IMG/VR virus record: IMGVR_UViG_3300039208_000071
Location: 1-26,058 of that record
Strand: one strand, 5' to 3'
Origin: a virus
Lineage: Duplodnaviria > Caudoviricetes
DNA length: 26,058 bases
Both the position numbers and the translations under genes were made by a program. Below, in pieces: positions 14,351-23,241 of this stretch (within the stretch, counting starts at the first letter, position 1; each line of letters opens with the position of its first letter). A model generated the notes under the pieces. It had not been told where the DNA came from. It did not search any database and saw only the letters and a list, made by a program, of their open reading frames with translations.

Positions 14351-15539
14351 TCAATCTCCGACGCCCAGTAATGGGAATGAGGAAGGCACTGATTTACGTT
14401 CCGTAGCGCAGAACATCGAGGGGTTACTCGATTCAGACGGGCAATACAACCCAGGCGGAAAAGCGAGTCGCGCACTCGACCCTGAAAGCTATGAAAAATC
14501 TGAACCTGAACGCGATCCAGAAACCGGCCGGTTTGCTAAAGCTGCCGAACCAGCCGAAGAAGTAGAACCTGAACAGGAAGTCGAGCCTGAACAGGGAGCA
14601 GCAAGCGATGAACCAACCGAGGACGCCGAAGGCGACACCGACGAGGTTCTAGCAGATTCAGCAGTCGACGAAGATCAAGAAAATCCGGAAGAAACCGACG
14701 AACCTATTCGAACCGTAGCCGAATTGTCAGAGGCACTTGGGTTAACTCGCGAAGAGTTCCTGGAGTCAATCACTGACACGTTTGGCGCGGCGGGTGAAGA
14801 AATAACGGTCACGCTTGCGGATCAACTCAAGGGCTTCCAGAAAGATGCTGATTACCGACGTAGTACAACCGATCTAGCAAATGATCGACGCCAGTTTGAG
14901 TATGACCAGACTCAACGGATGCAGGAGTTCGAACAACATCACCATACAATGGCTGCGCATGTTAGCGCGGTCGAAGCGGTGCTGTTGGAAAAACTCAACA
15001 ATCCGCAAATGGCTGAGTTACGCCAAGCACGTCCGGAAGAATGGACTGCTTTGCAAATGGAACTCAATCAGGACTTGGCGAAGATTCAGCAAGTTCGGCA
15101 GGAAGCAGCGCAACAGTACATGCAGCATAAGCATAACCAGATGATTGAGCTGAAAGGTCGAGAACTGCAAGCGCTCCAACGTGAGCGGCCAGATTTCGGG
15201 CAACAACACATTCAGATGGCTACTGACGCGATGCTATCCCTAGGGTACTTGCAGGACGAAGTGAACCAGGTATTCGACCATCGGTTGATCCTGGGCGCGC
15301 TCGAGCTGCATGATTTGCGCAACAAGGTTGCCGAGTACGAGGAAGTAATGGCACGGGCGAACAAGACGGTCCAGACCGTCAAAAAGACCGTTCCAAAACT
15401 GACAAAACCCGGTAAACAGCGTTCGGGCAAATCAAGTGCCGCTTTGAAACGGGATAACGTTGCGAAGCTGAAAAGTCGTGCGGCTAAAACCGGCGATGTA
15501 CGCGACGCGGCTGCGGTAATTGAGCATTACATTGAATGA
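14340..15539 (+). CDS. Capsid scaffolding protein
   Basis: Very acidic N-terminal half with RDPETGRFAK, GFQKDADYRR.T..LA, a helical body and a basic C-terminus ending TGDVRDAAAVI. It lies directly before the MCP. Confidence 0.88.
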   Translation: MAVSQSPTPSNGNEEGTDLRSVAQNIEGLLDSDGQYNPGGKASRALDPESYEKSEPERDPETGRFAKAAEPAEEVEPEQEVEPEQGAASDEPTEDAEGDTDEVLADSAVDEDQENPEETDEPIRTVAELSEALGLTREEFLESITDTFGAAGEEITVTLADQLKGFQKDADYRRSTTDLANDRRQFEYDQTQRMQEFEQHHHTMAAHVSAVEAVLLEKLNNPQMAELRQARPEEWTALQMELNQDLAKIQQVRQEAAQQYMQHKHNQMIELKGRELQALQRERPDFGQQHIQMATDAMLSLGYLQDEVNQVFDHRLILGALELHDLRNKVAEYEEVMARANKTVQTVKKTVPKLTKPGKQRSGKSSAALKRDNVAKLKSRAAKTGDVRDAAAVIEHYIE

Positions 15540-15548
15540 GGTAGTCAA

Positions 15549-16562
15549 ATGAGTACAACCAACTTTGACCGCTTCGACCTGGCAACCGAAGGTGACAACG
15601 TCCGCGAGGACTTGACCGATGTTATTTATAATATCAGTCCCACCGAGGTGCCTTTCCAGGCGAACAGCGGACGGGGCAACGCCGATCAAACGTTGCACGA
15701 ATGGCAAATTGACGAGCTCGCGGCCGTCGATACCGCTAACGCGGCAATCGATGGTGCGGATTTCGGAACCGATAGTTCCGATCCCGCGCAGCGTATCGGC
15801 AACTTTGCGCAAATCTCGATCAAGTACATCGCGGTATCGCGTCGTGCAAACATCGTCAACAAGGCAGGTCGTCGCTCTGAACTCGCGTATCAAATCGCGA
15901 AGAAGGGCAAGGAACTGCGGCGTGACGTTGAAGCAATCGCCACTCTGAACCAGGCAGCCCTGGCCGGTAACTCCACTACCGCCTCGTTGACTGGTAGCCT
16001 GGGCGCGTGGATTGCAACCACGACCGACCGAGGCGCTGGTGGCGCCGATCCTGCGCTGTCCGGCGGTACGTTTGGTCAACCGACCACGGCAGCAACGGAC
16101 GGCACGGTTCGCGCGCTTTCCGAAGCAAGCGTTTTAGCCTTGCTCCGCGATGCCTATATCGAAGGCGGTAACCCGAACATGATGATGTGCGGGCCTACCG
16201 TTAAACAACTGTTCTCGAACTATATGTTCACGAGTTCCGCCCGGATCGCCACACAGCGTCAGGATCAGGGACCGGTGAACCGTGGTGGTGTTTCAGTTGT
16301 TGGCGCCGTCGACGTTTACGTTTCGGACTTCACCGTCATTGACGTGGTTCCGAACCGTTTTCAACGGGAACGGGATTTCTGGATTCTGGATTCAGAATAC
16401 TGGGAATTCTGCTACCTGGACGGTTATAAAACCGAAACCATCAGTAAGATCGGTGACGCCGAGCGTCGCCACATTCTGGTTGACTGGTGCTTGGCTTCTC
16501 ACAACGAAGCAGCTAGCGCAGTTTTCGCAGATGTGGACGAAACTACAGCGATGGTAGCGTAA
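15549..16562 (+). CDS. Major capsid protein (DUF5309 / SU10-type)
   Basis: REDLTDVIYNISPTEVPF, HEWQIDEL, GNFAQI, ELAYQIAKKGKELRRDVE, VDVYVSDF and VPNRF motifs, with a GAGGT SD. Confidence 0.93.
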   Translation: MSTTNFDRFDLATEGDNVREDLTDVIYNISPTEVPFQANSGRGNADQTLHEWQIDELAAVDTANAAIDGADFGTDSSDPAQRIGNFAQISIKYIAVSRRANIVNKAGRRSELAYQIAKKGKELRRDVEAIATLNQAALAGNSTTASLTGSLGAWIATTTDRGAGGADPALSGGTFGQPTTAATDGTVRALSEASVLALLRDAYIEGGNPNMMMCGPTVKQLFSNYMFTSSARIATQRQDQGPVNRGGVSVVGAVDVYVSDFTVIDVVPNRFQRERDFWILDSEYWEFCYLDGYKTETISKIGDAERRHILVDWCLASHNEAASAVFADVDETTAMVA

Positions 16563-16581
16563 TCAATCCGTAAGCGGAGGC

Positions 16582-16605
16582 AGTGGGCGGGTCCGCCCGC
16601 CCACT
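16582..16605 (+). terminator. GC-rich hairpin after the MCP (attenuator or mRNA stabiliser; no U-tract)
   Basis: AGTGGGCGGG-TCCG-CCCGCCCACT forms a perfect 10-bp stem. Confidence 0.55.
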
Positions 16606-16627
16606 CAATCCCGCAGGAGTAAATTGA

Positions 16628-17128
16628 ATGTCCTACATCAAAATTAAGCAGTTAAACGAGCGGGTCGCCACAGCGGGCCTTTTTATGGGTGAAGCAGAAG
16701 CCCCGAAATTTCGGCGTAAGCTGGAACCGGGCGAAATCGTCGAGATTCCCGACGATATGACAGTCAAGATCATCACGGACGACGTGAACTTGCTGGATAT
16801 GCTGCATGAAACCGGGCACATCGATATTGTGCCTTCTTCCTTCACACCGACCCGACCGCTGGACTACGACAACCGTCGTGAAGCTAAAGTTTGTTCGCCG
16901 ACATTCAAACCGCGTGATCCTACCGACGCGCGGGATATGGACCGAGCGCGTGCCAAATATGCGGCACGGTTGAATGAACTGTATTCGTCGCCTCAGTCGG
17001 AAAATCCCGATCAGGACTCGCCCGACGATGACGATTCGCACTCGAAACAGAAACCGCCCGTAACGCGGCGGGGTATGCGTCGAGCGCGTGCAGAGGCAGC
17101 CAAACATGGGGAAGCGCATACTACTTGA
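16628..17128 (+). CDS. Hypothetical protein (166 aa)
   Basis: AGGAG SD. The tail is acidic and then basic, and looks disordered. Confidence 0.8.
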   Translation: MSYIKIKQLNERVATAGLFMGEAEAPKFRRKLEPGEIVEIPDDMTVKIITDDVNLLDMLHETGHIDIVPSSFTPTRPLDYDNRREAKVCSPTFKPRDPTDARDMDRARAKYAARLNELYSSPQSENPDQDSPDDDDSHSKQKPPVTRRGMRRARAEAAKHGEAHTT

Positions 17129-17459
17129 TGTATCGCCGACAGGTATACAGCACAGTGTCGAAGTAGACGAAGATGGTTTCTACTACGAGGAACATACCCC
17201 TAGCGTAGTCGAGAACGAAATTCTCGATGAATGCTCGCGCTTGCGCGGGCTAGCCCAAAACCGAACCGGTAATTTTAAGTTCGCCGGTAAAATACCCCTG
17301 AATACTCATGCTGCCTGGCGGAAGGAATGGCAGCAAACCGCCGCGGATAAAATGACGTGGCCAACTTTCCTGGCAATCAAGATGAACAACCGCGATAACA
17401 AGAAGTTGCGAGTCGATGATGGCGCATTGCCGACCACGTCTAATCTGAGGATGATATGA
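17106..17459 (+). CDS. Hypothetical protein of the post-capsid region (117 aa)
   Basis: GAGG precedes the ATG at 17106. It has a FAGKIP...W..E...NN.DN..LR pattern and an ATGA overlap with the adaptor. Confidence 0.75.
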   Translation: MGKRILLDVSPTGIQHSVEVDEDGFYYEEHTPSVVENEILDECSRLRGLAQNRTGNFKFAGKIPLNTHAAWRKEWQQTAADKMTWPTFLAIKMNNRDNKKLRVDDGALPTTSNLRMI

Positions 17460-18130
17460 CCACGATTTCTCAGTTACAGGTTAGCGTCGACTCCTGGTTG
17501 GTTCGTAACGATGTCGCGGTTACTGGATCCGATTTTAACCAGATTTTGCTGATCGCAGAATCCAGTATCGCTCGAAATTATCGCTTTCTGGTTCAGGAAG
17601 TGACAACGACCCTGACGTTCACGGGTCGATCAGAAGATTTGCCTGCGGACTTTCTGGAAGTTCGTAACCCATTCATAGATGACAATATCCGAAAATTCGA
17701 ATACCAGACGCCGCAGGCAATCCGAGAAAATAGCGCTTGGGCAAACGGTCGAGCCGGGGCGTTTTACACACTCGAGGGAAGCGAGGACACGGTTAATAAC
17801 CCGGCGGTTGACGACCGGGTCAAGATGACTATTGCCGGGCCAGCGTCGGCGAGCTCACCCCTATCGGTTGACGTGAACTACTATCGGAGATTCCCTGCGC
17901 TTGATACCGGCACGCCGACAGATTCGAACTGGTTGTTAACGCAGCATTATGACGTGTACCTGTATGAAACCTTGCACGCGGCAGCGGTGTACCTCCAGGA
18001 AAGGGAACTCGCGGCCGATTATCTGGGGCTGTGCCAGGGTTTACGTAATGAGTTCAAACTGCAAGAAAATCGCAAGCGCTTTGCTGCCGTGCCGAAACAG
18101 GCTTACGCCAACCCGAGGGGTGTTGTATGA
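17456..18130 (+). CDS. Head-tail adaptor protein
   Basis: N-terminal helix (LQVSVDSWLVRND), LPADFLE, and NWLLTQHYDVYLY..L..A..YL. Its position before the nozzle fits. Confidence 0.8.
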   Translation: MTTISQLQVSVDSWLVRNDVAVTGSDFNQILLIAESSIARNYRFLVQEVTTTLTFTGRSEDLPADFLEVRNPFIDDNIRKFEYQTPQAIRENSAWANGRAGAFYTLEGSEDTVNNPAVDDRVKMTIAGPASASSPLSVDVNYYRRFPALDTGTPTDSNWLLTQHYDVYLYETLHAAAVYLQERELAADYLGLCQGLRNEFKLQENRKRFAAVPKQAYANPRGVV

Positions 18131-19596
18131 CGGTCCCGCAGGAAGTCCCGTTTGGCGAATGGTTACCCGACCTGCCAGCGCATAACAACCCTGGTGCGTT
18201 GATTGCGTTAAACGTGATCCCGCAGTTGAAGAGTTATCGCAGCCTGAATTCGCTCGCTTCGTTTTCCAATGCGTTAACAGGGGCTTGCTTGGGCACGTTC
18301 TGGGCGCCGGCAGCTAACGGCGACATATTCAATTTCGCCGGCGACACGTCTGCACTCTATAACCTTGTTTCCGGCACAACCTGGACCGATATCAGCGGCG
18401 TCAGTGCGCCTTACACCGCATCGAACTGGGAATTTACCAAGTTCGGTGAAACGATTCTGGCGGTCAATGACGATGACCCGATGCAGAAATACGAAATGAA
18501 TGTTGACGCGGTGTTTAGCGATCAGCCTGGAACCCCGCCGGACGCTGCGCACATCGCGACCGTTCGTGATTTCGTAATGATCGGCGATATACCGAGTCAG
18601 GGGCCGAACTTCGTGCGCTGGTCAGGCTACAATAACTCTGAAATATGGGACCCGTCGATTCGCACTCAGTCGGATTTCCAGGAACTTTTCGGGCGCGGTG
18701 GCCGCGTTCAACGGATCGTTCCAGGCGACTATGCGGTCATCTTCACCGAACAATCGATCTGGCGCGCGGACTATGTTGGCCCGCCGGTTATCTTCCAGTT
18801 CGACGAAGTCGACCAGAAACGCGGTACGCCGGCGCCGAATAGCGTTATCTGGCAAGGTTCGCACGTGTGGTATTGGGGTTGGGACAACTTCTATTATTTC
18901 AACGGCAGAGAGTCGAAGCCAATCAGTAACAACAAAGTTTCGCGGTGGTTCCAGTTGAATGCTTCAAGTGACGCCTGGGATTCGATGCGGGGTGCCTTAG
19001 ATCGGCTAAATCGACTTGTTATCTGGGCTTTTCGGACAAATGCGGCGAATTCGATCAATAACAACCTAATTATTTACAACTGGGCGGCAAATAAATGGTC
19101 GTATGCGGTGATCGATACGCAAGTCATCGACGAATACGTATCGCCCGGTTTCACGCTCGACGACCTTGACGGGCCGTTACCGGGCGGCATCGATGCGGAC
19201 TCAATTCTGGTGGATTCCAGCCAATTCCAGGGCGGCGGCATTAATATCCAGGCGTTCAACGCGTCGAACGAGGCGGCGACTTTCGACGGAACGCCGCTCC
19301 AGGCAACCATCGACACGAAAGAATTGAGCAGCCCGACGCAACAGCGGATGATGGTGAATTCACTGCGGCCGATGATCGAGGCAACCGGTTCGACGACGAT
19401 TAACATGCAGGTCGGCACTCGAGACCAGTTAACCGAAAACCCGTCGTTTACGATGCAGCAAGGGCAGAACGGTATCAACGGCGAGGTCAACGTGCGGGTG
19501 AACTCAAGATATCAGCGCTATCGGTGTATCATCGACGGCGGTTTCGACCACGCTAACGGCGTGAAAGCAAACGTAAGACAAGCGGGGCGCAGGTAA
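18127..19596 (+). CDS. Tail nozzle / head-stabilisation hub (P22 gp10-like beta-propeller)
   Basis: FGEWLPD start, WEFTKFG, VRWSG.N...W and V.SRYQR motifs; beta-rich, and it follows the adaptor. Confidence 0.8.
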   Translation: MTVPQEVPFGEWLPDLPAHNNPGALIALNVIPQLKSYRSLNSLASFSNALTGACLGTFWAPAANGDIFNFAGDTSALYNLVSGTTWTDISGVSAPYTASNWEFTKFGETILAVNDDDPMQKYEMNVDAVFSDQPGTPPDAAHIATVRDFVMIGDIPSQGPNFVRWSGYNNSEIWDPSIRTQSDFQELFGRGGRVQRIVPGDYAVIFTEQSIWRADYVGPPVIFQFDEVDQKRGTPAPNSVIWQGSHVWYWGWDNFYYFNGRESKPISNNKVSRWFQLNASSDAWDSMRGALDRLNRLVIWAFRTNAANSINNNLIIYNWAANKWSYAVIDTQVIDEYVSPGFTLDDLDGPLPGGIDADSILVDSSQFQGGGINIQAFNASNEAATFDGTPLQATIDTKELSSPTQQRMMVNSLRPMIEATGSTTINMQVGTRDQLTENPSFTMQQGQNGINGEVNVRVNSRYQRYRCIIDGGFDHANGVKANVRQAGRR

Positions 19597-20210
19597 TGAG
19601 CGGTCAAGGTTTTGGCGGTGGTTGGGGCAACCCGATAGGGCAGCTACCGACGAATATGCAAAGCTATATCGGCGGTTCGGGGCCAATGGACCAGAGCGAT
19701 CCGGCAGGGATGAACGCATCGTTGCCCGGGGCTGAGGTTCAAGACACCGCAGGCGCCTTTCAGGATACGCTACAACAGGATAACTACGGCGGCGCGGCGT
19801 GGCCTGGTTTCGGCTACGGCGGCATGCCAGGACGCTACCAGGGCGGCTACGGCGGCTCGATGGGCGGGATGGGTAACTACGGCTTCGGCGGTGGCGGCTT
19901 CGGTTACGGCGGTTACAGTCCGTGGGGCTACGGCCCAGGCAGTTACTCTCCGTGGGGCGCGGGCAGCATGGGCTACGGCGGTGGTTCTGGAATGTATGGC
20001 GGGCCAATGCGTCCGTTTAGCGGGTTTGGCGGTGGTTTTGCGCCTCACCAGACGTGGGCGCAGAATGCGGCAGGCGGCCCAGGGTTTGGCGGCATGTATT
20101 CGCCTTTTAGCCCTTCCAGTATCCCGTTCTGGCAAGCTCCGAAACCGCCAACTAGGCCCACGCCGGCGGCGGTTAACACCGGTCACGGCGGAGGAGGACC
20201 GGCCAGGTGA
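19596..20210 (+). CDS. Gly/Tyr/Phe/Met-rich low-complexity protein (204 aa)
   Basis: It has TAATG and GTGA coupling to both neighbours and many GYG/GFG repeats. Confidence 0.75.
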   Translation: MSGQGFGGGWGNPIGQLPTNMQSYIGGSGPMDQSDPAGMNASLPGAEVQDTAGAFQDTLQQDNYGGAAWPGFGYGGMPGRYQGGYGGSMGGMGNYGFGGGGFGYGGYSPWGYGPGSYSPWGAGSMGYGGGSGMYGGPMRPFSGFGGGFAPHQTWAQNAAGGPGFGGMYSPFSPSSIPFWQAPKPPTRPTPAAVNTGHGGGGPAR

Positions 20211-20641
20211 CCGATGCGGCTGAAAAAATGAATGATGGGATACCTATCGGCGGCGTACCGTCCGAGCACATCATGGTTGTCTGGGACAAGGTCGAGCCGT
20301 TGTTAGCGCGCGTCGTCAAACCGGAAACCGGTCACACGCTCGACAGCGTGCGCGCGGATCTGTTTATGTCCAAGTCACAGCTCTGGGTTGTCGGCGACTT
20401 TCAGGGCGTTATCATAACGACCATCGAAGAACGGCCGGCGCATCGAGTGCTGTTTACGACGTTCCTGGCCGGCGATCACATGGATGATTGGTTGAGTGAC
20501 TGGATCGATATCCAAGATCAATACGCGCAACACAACGGTTGTGTTGCAGTCGAATTTGCGGGGCGTAAAGGCTGGAACAAGATCGGCGAAAAACGCCCCG
20601 AGTGGAAGCCGATACGAACTATTTTCAGGCGGGAGTTTTAA
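20207..20641 (+). CDS. GNAT-like protein (position equivalent to T7 gp13 / P22 gp14)
   Basis: VWDKVEPLL...LWVV...LAGDHM..W...GC..VE..GRKGW pattern, located between the nozzle and the ejection genes. Confidence 0.7.
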   Translation: MTDAAEKMNDGIPIGGVPSEHIMVVWDKVEPLLARVVKPETGHTLDSVRADLFMSKSQLWVVGDFQGVIITTIEERPAHRVLFTTFLAGDHMDDWLSDWIDIQDQYAQHNGCVAVEFAGRKGWNKIGEKRPEWKPIRTIFRREF

Positions 20642-20643
20642 TC

Positions 20644-21612
20644 ATGAGCGGCGGCAGTAAGAGCAGCACACAAAAAACAGAACCTTGGGCGGGGCAACAG
20701 CCGTATTTAAGAGATCTGTTTAAACAGGCGAAAAAGATTTACCGGAAAGGTTACGGGCAAGAATACTACCCCGGCCAAACCGTGGCACCATTCAGCCCTT
20801 ATACTGAACAAGGTTTGCAGAGTATGGGGCAGTTCGGCGCCATGCAATCGCCGCAACAAATGGCGATGGGCAATTGGCTTAACCAGTCGATGTCGAACCC
20901 CTACGGCATGGCGGGCCTAGGTATGGATTATGTTGGCGGCGGGCAATTTGTTCCCGGCGGCGGATTCGGCGAGTCTACGTTACCAGGAGGCCAGCCGCCA
21001 ACGCCTTACTTTAGCGGTAATCCGCATCTTGATCAGATGTTTAATACCGTCGCGCAGCGGTCAGGCGAACAATTTGCCGAGCAAACGATGCCTGAAATCG
21101 CCTCGATGTTTGGCGGGGCCGGTCGAACGGGCAGCGGCATCCAACAGGAAATCGTTGGGCAGGCGGTTGATGATTTCAATCAAAACTTGATGCAGCAAGC
21201 GGGTGACATTTACGGCCGAGCCTACGAAACCGGTATGGATCGCGATCTGGCGCGCCGTCAGCTTGGCGCCGACATCGGTATGCAAGGTGCGGCAATGGCG
21301 CCGACCTACCAGCAAATGCAGATGAACCAGATCGATCAGATGATGCGCGCGGGCGCACTAACCGAAGACCAGGCACAGCGGTTGATGGATGCGCAGAAAG
21401 CCCAGTTTGATTTTTACCAGCAAGCGCCCTGGCAAGCGTTGGGACAGTACGGAAACATTATTCAAGGTATGCCGGGGGGTTATGGTACAACCACAGGAAC
21501 CCCGGCGCGTGGCAGCCGTTTGCAAGGCGCAGCCGGTGGCGCGGCGGCTGGTTCGACGTTTGGACCGTGGGGCACAGCCATCGGCGCCGGCTTAGGCTAT
21601 CTGGCGAGTTAA
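20644..21612 (+). CDS. Ejection / DNA pilot protein
   Basis: GGGAG SD, then MSGGSKSSTQKTEPWAGQQPYL. It is Q/G/M-rich with a C-terminal Gly zipper (GAAGGAAAGSTFGPWGTAIGAGLG). Confidence 0.75.
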   Translation: MSGGSKSSTQKTEPWAGQQPYLRDLFKQAKKIYRKGYGQEYYPGQTVAPFSPYTEQGLQSMGQFGAMQSPQQMAMGNWLNQSMSNPYGMAGLGMDYVGGGQFVPGGGFGESTLPGGQPPTPYFSGNPHLDQMFNTVAQRSGEQFAEQTMPEIASMFGGAGRTGSGIQQEIVGQAVDDFNQNLMQQAGDIYGRAYETGMDRDLARRQLGADIGMQGAAMAPTYQQMQMNQIDQMMRAGALTEDQAQRLMDAQKAQFDFYQQAPWQALGQYGNIIQGMPGGYGTTTGTPARGSRLQGAAGGAAAGSTFGPWGTAIGAGLGYLAS

Positions 21613-21625
21613 CGAGGATAATATT

Positions 21626-22135
21626 ATGATGAATCCACACGCAGGCATGCCCACAGGGCTAACTCAGTCCGCACCGTCGCCACAACAGGCGCCGGCGGGA
21701 CCGCTCGGATCCTGGAACAACCCGTTTACGTTGAGCGGGATTCTCGAAGACCCGTCGCAACTGAACCAATTGAATCAAAACCCGATGTGGCAGTTCGGAA
21801 TGGGACTACTTGCGTCGACTTACGATGCTAACGTCAACCCGTTCACGGCGATGCAGCAAGGGCTATCCGCATCACAAGGATTTCAGAACGAGGCGGAACA
21901 ACGTGAAACCCTGGAAGCGCAGCGAAAGATGCTCGAGGACTTTTTCAAGGCGCAAACGGACGAACTGAACCGGCAGCGAACACTCAGCGGCACGCGGACC
22001 GGTGAACAACCACGAACCGCGTTTGAAACAGCCGTCAGCCCGTCGGTCCGCCGTGGCCTGGGGTCGGCGGCGTTAACCGGGCAGAACGAAGACCTTTACC
22101 GGCGTATGGCGTGGCGTGAAATTTTAGGTAAATAA
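21626..22135 (+). CDS. Putative small ejection protein
   Basis: GAGGA SD, an amphipathic FGMGLLA helix followed by a coiled coil, and gene order. Confidence 0.6.
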   Translation: MMNPHAGMPTGLTQSAPSPQQAPAGPLGSWNNPFTLSGILEDPSQLNQLNQNPMWQFGMGLLASTYDANVNPFTAMQQGLSASQGFQNEAEQRETLEAQRKMLEDFFKAQTDELNRQRTLSGTRTGEQPRTAFETAVSPSVRRGLGSAALTGQNEDLYRRMAWREILGK

Positions 22136-22137
22136 TC

Positions 22138-23241
22138 ATGGCAAACGGTTTACTGGCTCCAATGCCGAACGTGGCGCAACCGCAGCAAGCGGCAAACGAC
22201 ACGTTACAGCAAATGCAAATGCAAAAAGCAAATGCGCAGGGGTTACTCGTGCCCGGGCAGGGCGGAATGCAGCAAGCGCAGCAATACATGAATCCTGAGT
22301 CGATCAGCCAGTTGTACGGCATCCTCGCGCAAGGCGCAACCGACCCGCAACAGCTCGGGGCGCAATACATTAGCGCGATGCAAGCGCAACAGCGGTCAGA
22401 CCCGTTGCAAAACGTCATGCAGTTGTTCGGCAAAATTAACCCGCACGACTACAGCCCTCAGTCGATCCAGAAGTTTTACAATCACTTGATGCAGACCGGT
22501 GAACCGCGTTACGACTTTCTCGCTGAACGTGAACGATTGAGTTCGACCGAAGAAAAAGCGTTGCTGGATTCTTACAACGAAATGACCTCAGCCAGCAGTG
22601 CGCTTGCAAACATCGGTAACTTAGCAGAACGGTTTCAAGGTGCTATCGGCGAGTATCGGCAAGGTTTATACGGCACGCTGGATAGCTGGTACAAGAAATC
22701 TATTTCAGGCGATCAGGACGATCTGGACTTGCTGAAACAGCAATACATTCAGCTCCGTAACGAGCAGGTCATCAAAAACCTGCCTCCAGGCGTGGCGTCG
22801 GATCGCGACATTGCCATCGCTCAGGAAGGTTGGCCGCCGCCGAATGCGAACGCCGAATACATCGCATCATTCCTGCGCGGCGTGCAAAAGATGCAGGTCA
22901 TCAAGTACGCTTCGGCCATGCACCGGAACAACTACATTAGCGCAAATCAAAACATGCGTTTCATGGGCCAGGACTGGGGTTCGAAAGCTGATCTGTACAC
23001 GCTCGAATCGATGCGTGCGAACGGCCTAGAACCGAACTTGATCGATACGGACGAAACGCCGCAACAGTACGCACGTCGGATGCTGCGTGGCGGCACGACG
23101 GATCGAGTCGGCGGGCAGCCTGACCTGATTCCGAGCGGTGGGTTTGTGGAGTTTGAAGGCAAGCGCTTGGATCAGATGGATTTCGAAGAGCGGGATGCTG
23201 CGCGCGATAAAATGCTGGATCAAATGTTAGGTAAAGACTAA
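22138..23241 (+). CDS. Putative ejection / DNA transfer protein (367 aa)
   Basis: Q/M-rich N-terminus, a helical body with an LPPGVASDRDI motif, and gene order. Confidence 0.7.
   Translation: MANGLLAPMPNVAQPQQAANDTLQQMQMQKANAQGLLVPGQGGMQQAQQYMNPESISQLYGILAQGATDPQQLGAQYISAMQAQQRSDPLQNVMQLFGKINPHDYSPQSIQKFYNHLMQTGEPRYDFLAERERLSSTEEKALLDSYNEMTSASSALANIGNLAERFQGAIGEYRQGLYGTLDSWYKKSISGDQDDLDLLKQQYIQLRNEQVIKNLPPGVASDRDIAIAQEGWPPPNANAEYIASFLRGVQKMQVIKYASAMHRNNYISANQNMRFMGQDWGSKADLYTLESMRANGLEPNLIDTDETPQQYARRMLRGGTTDRVGGQPDLIPSGGFVEFEGKRLDQMDFEERDAARDKMLDQMLGKD

Noticed and set aside
14559-14594. EVEPEQ duplication in the scaffold
   Set aside because: This is ordinary slippage within an acidic disordered region.
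15432-16079. Long antisense ORFs (this one, 19504-20007, 23781-24260 and others)
   Set aside because: These are shadow ORFs opposite well-supported genes, as expected in GC-rich coding DNA.
16530-16565. Programmed frameshift or readthrough extending the MCP
   Set aside because: There is no slippery heptamer before the TAA, and the next gene has its own strong SD.
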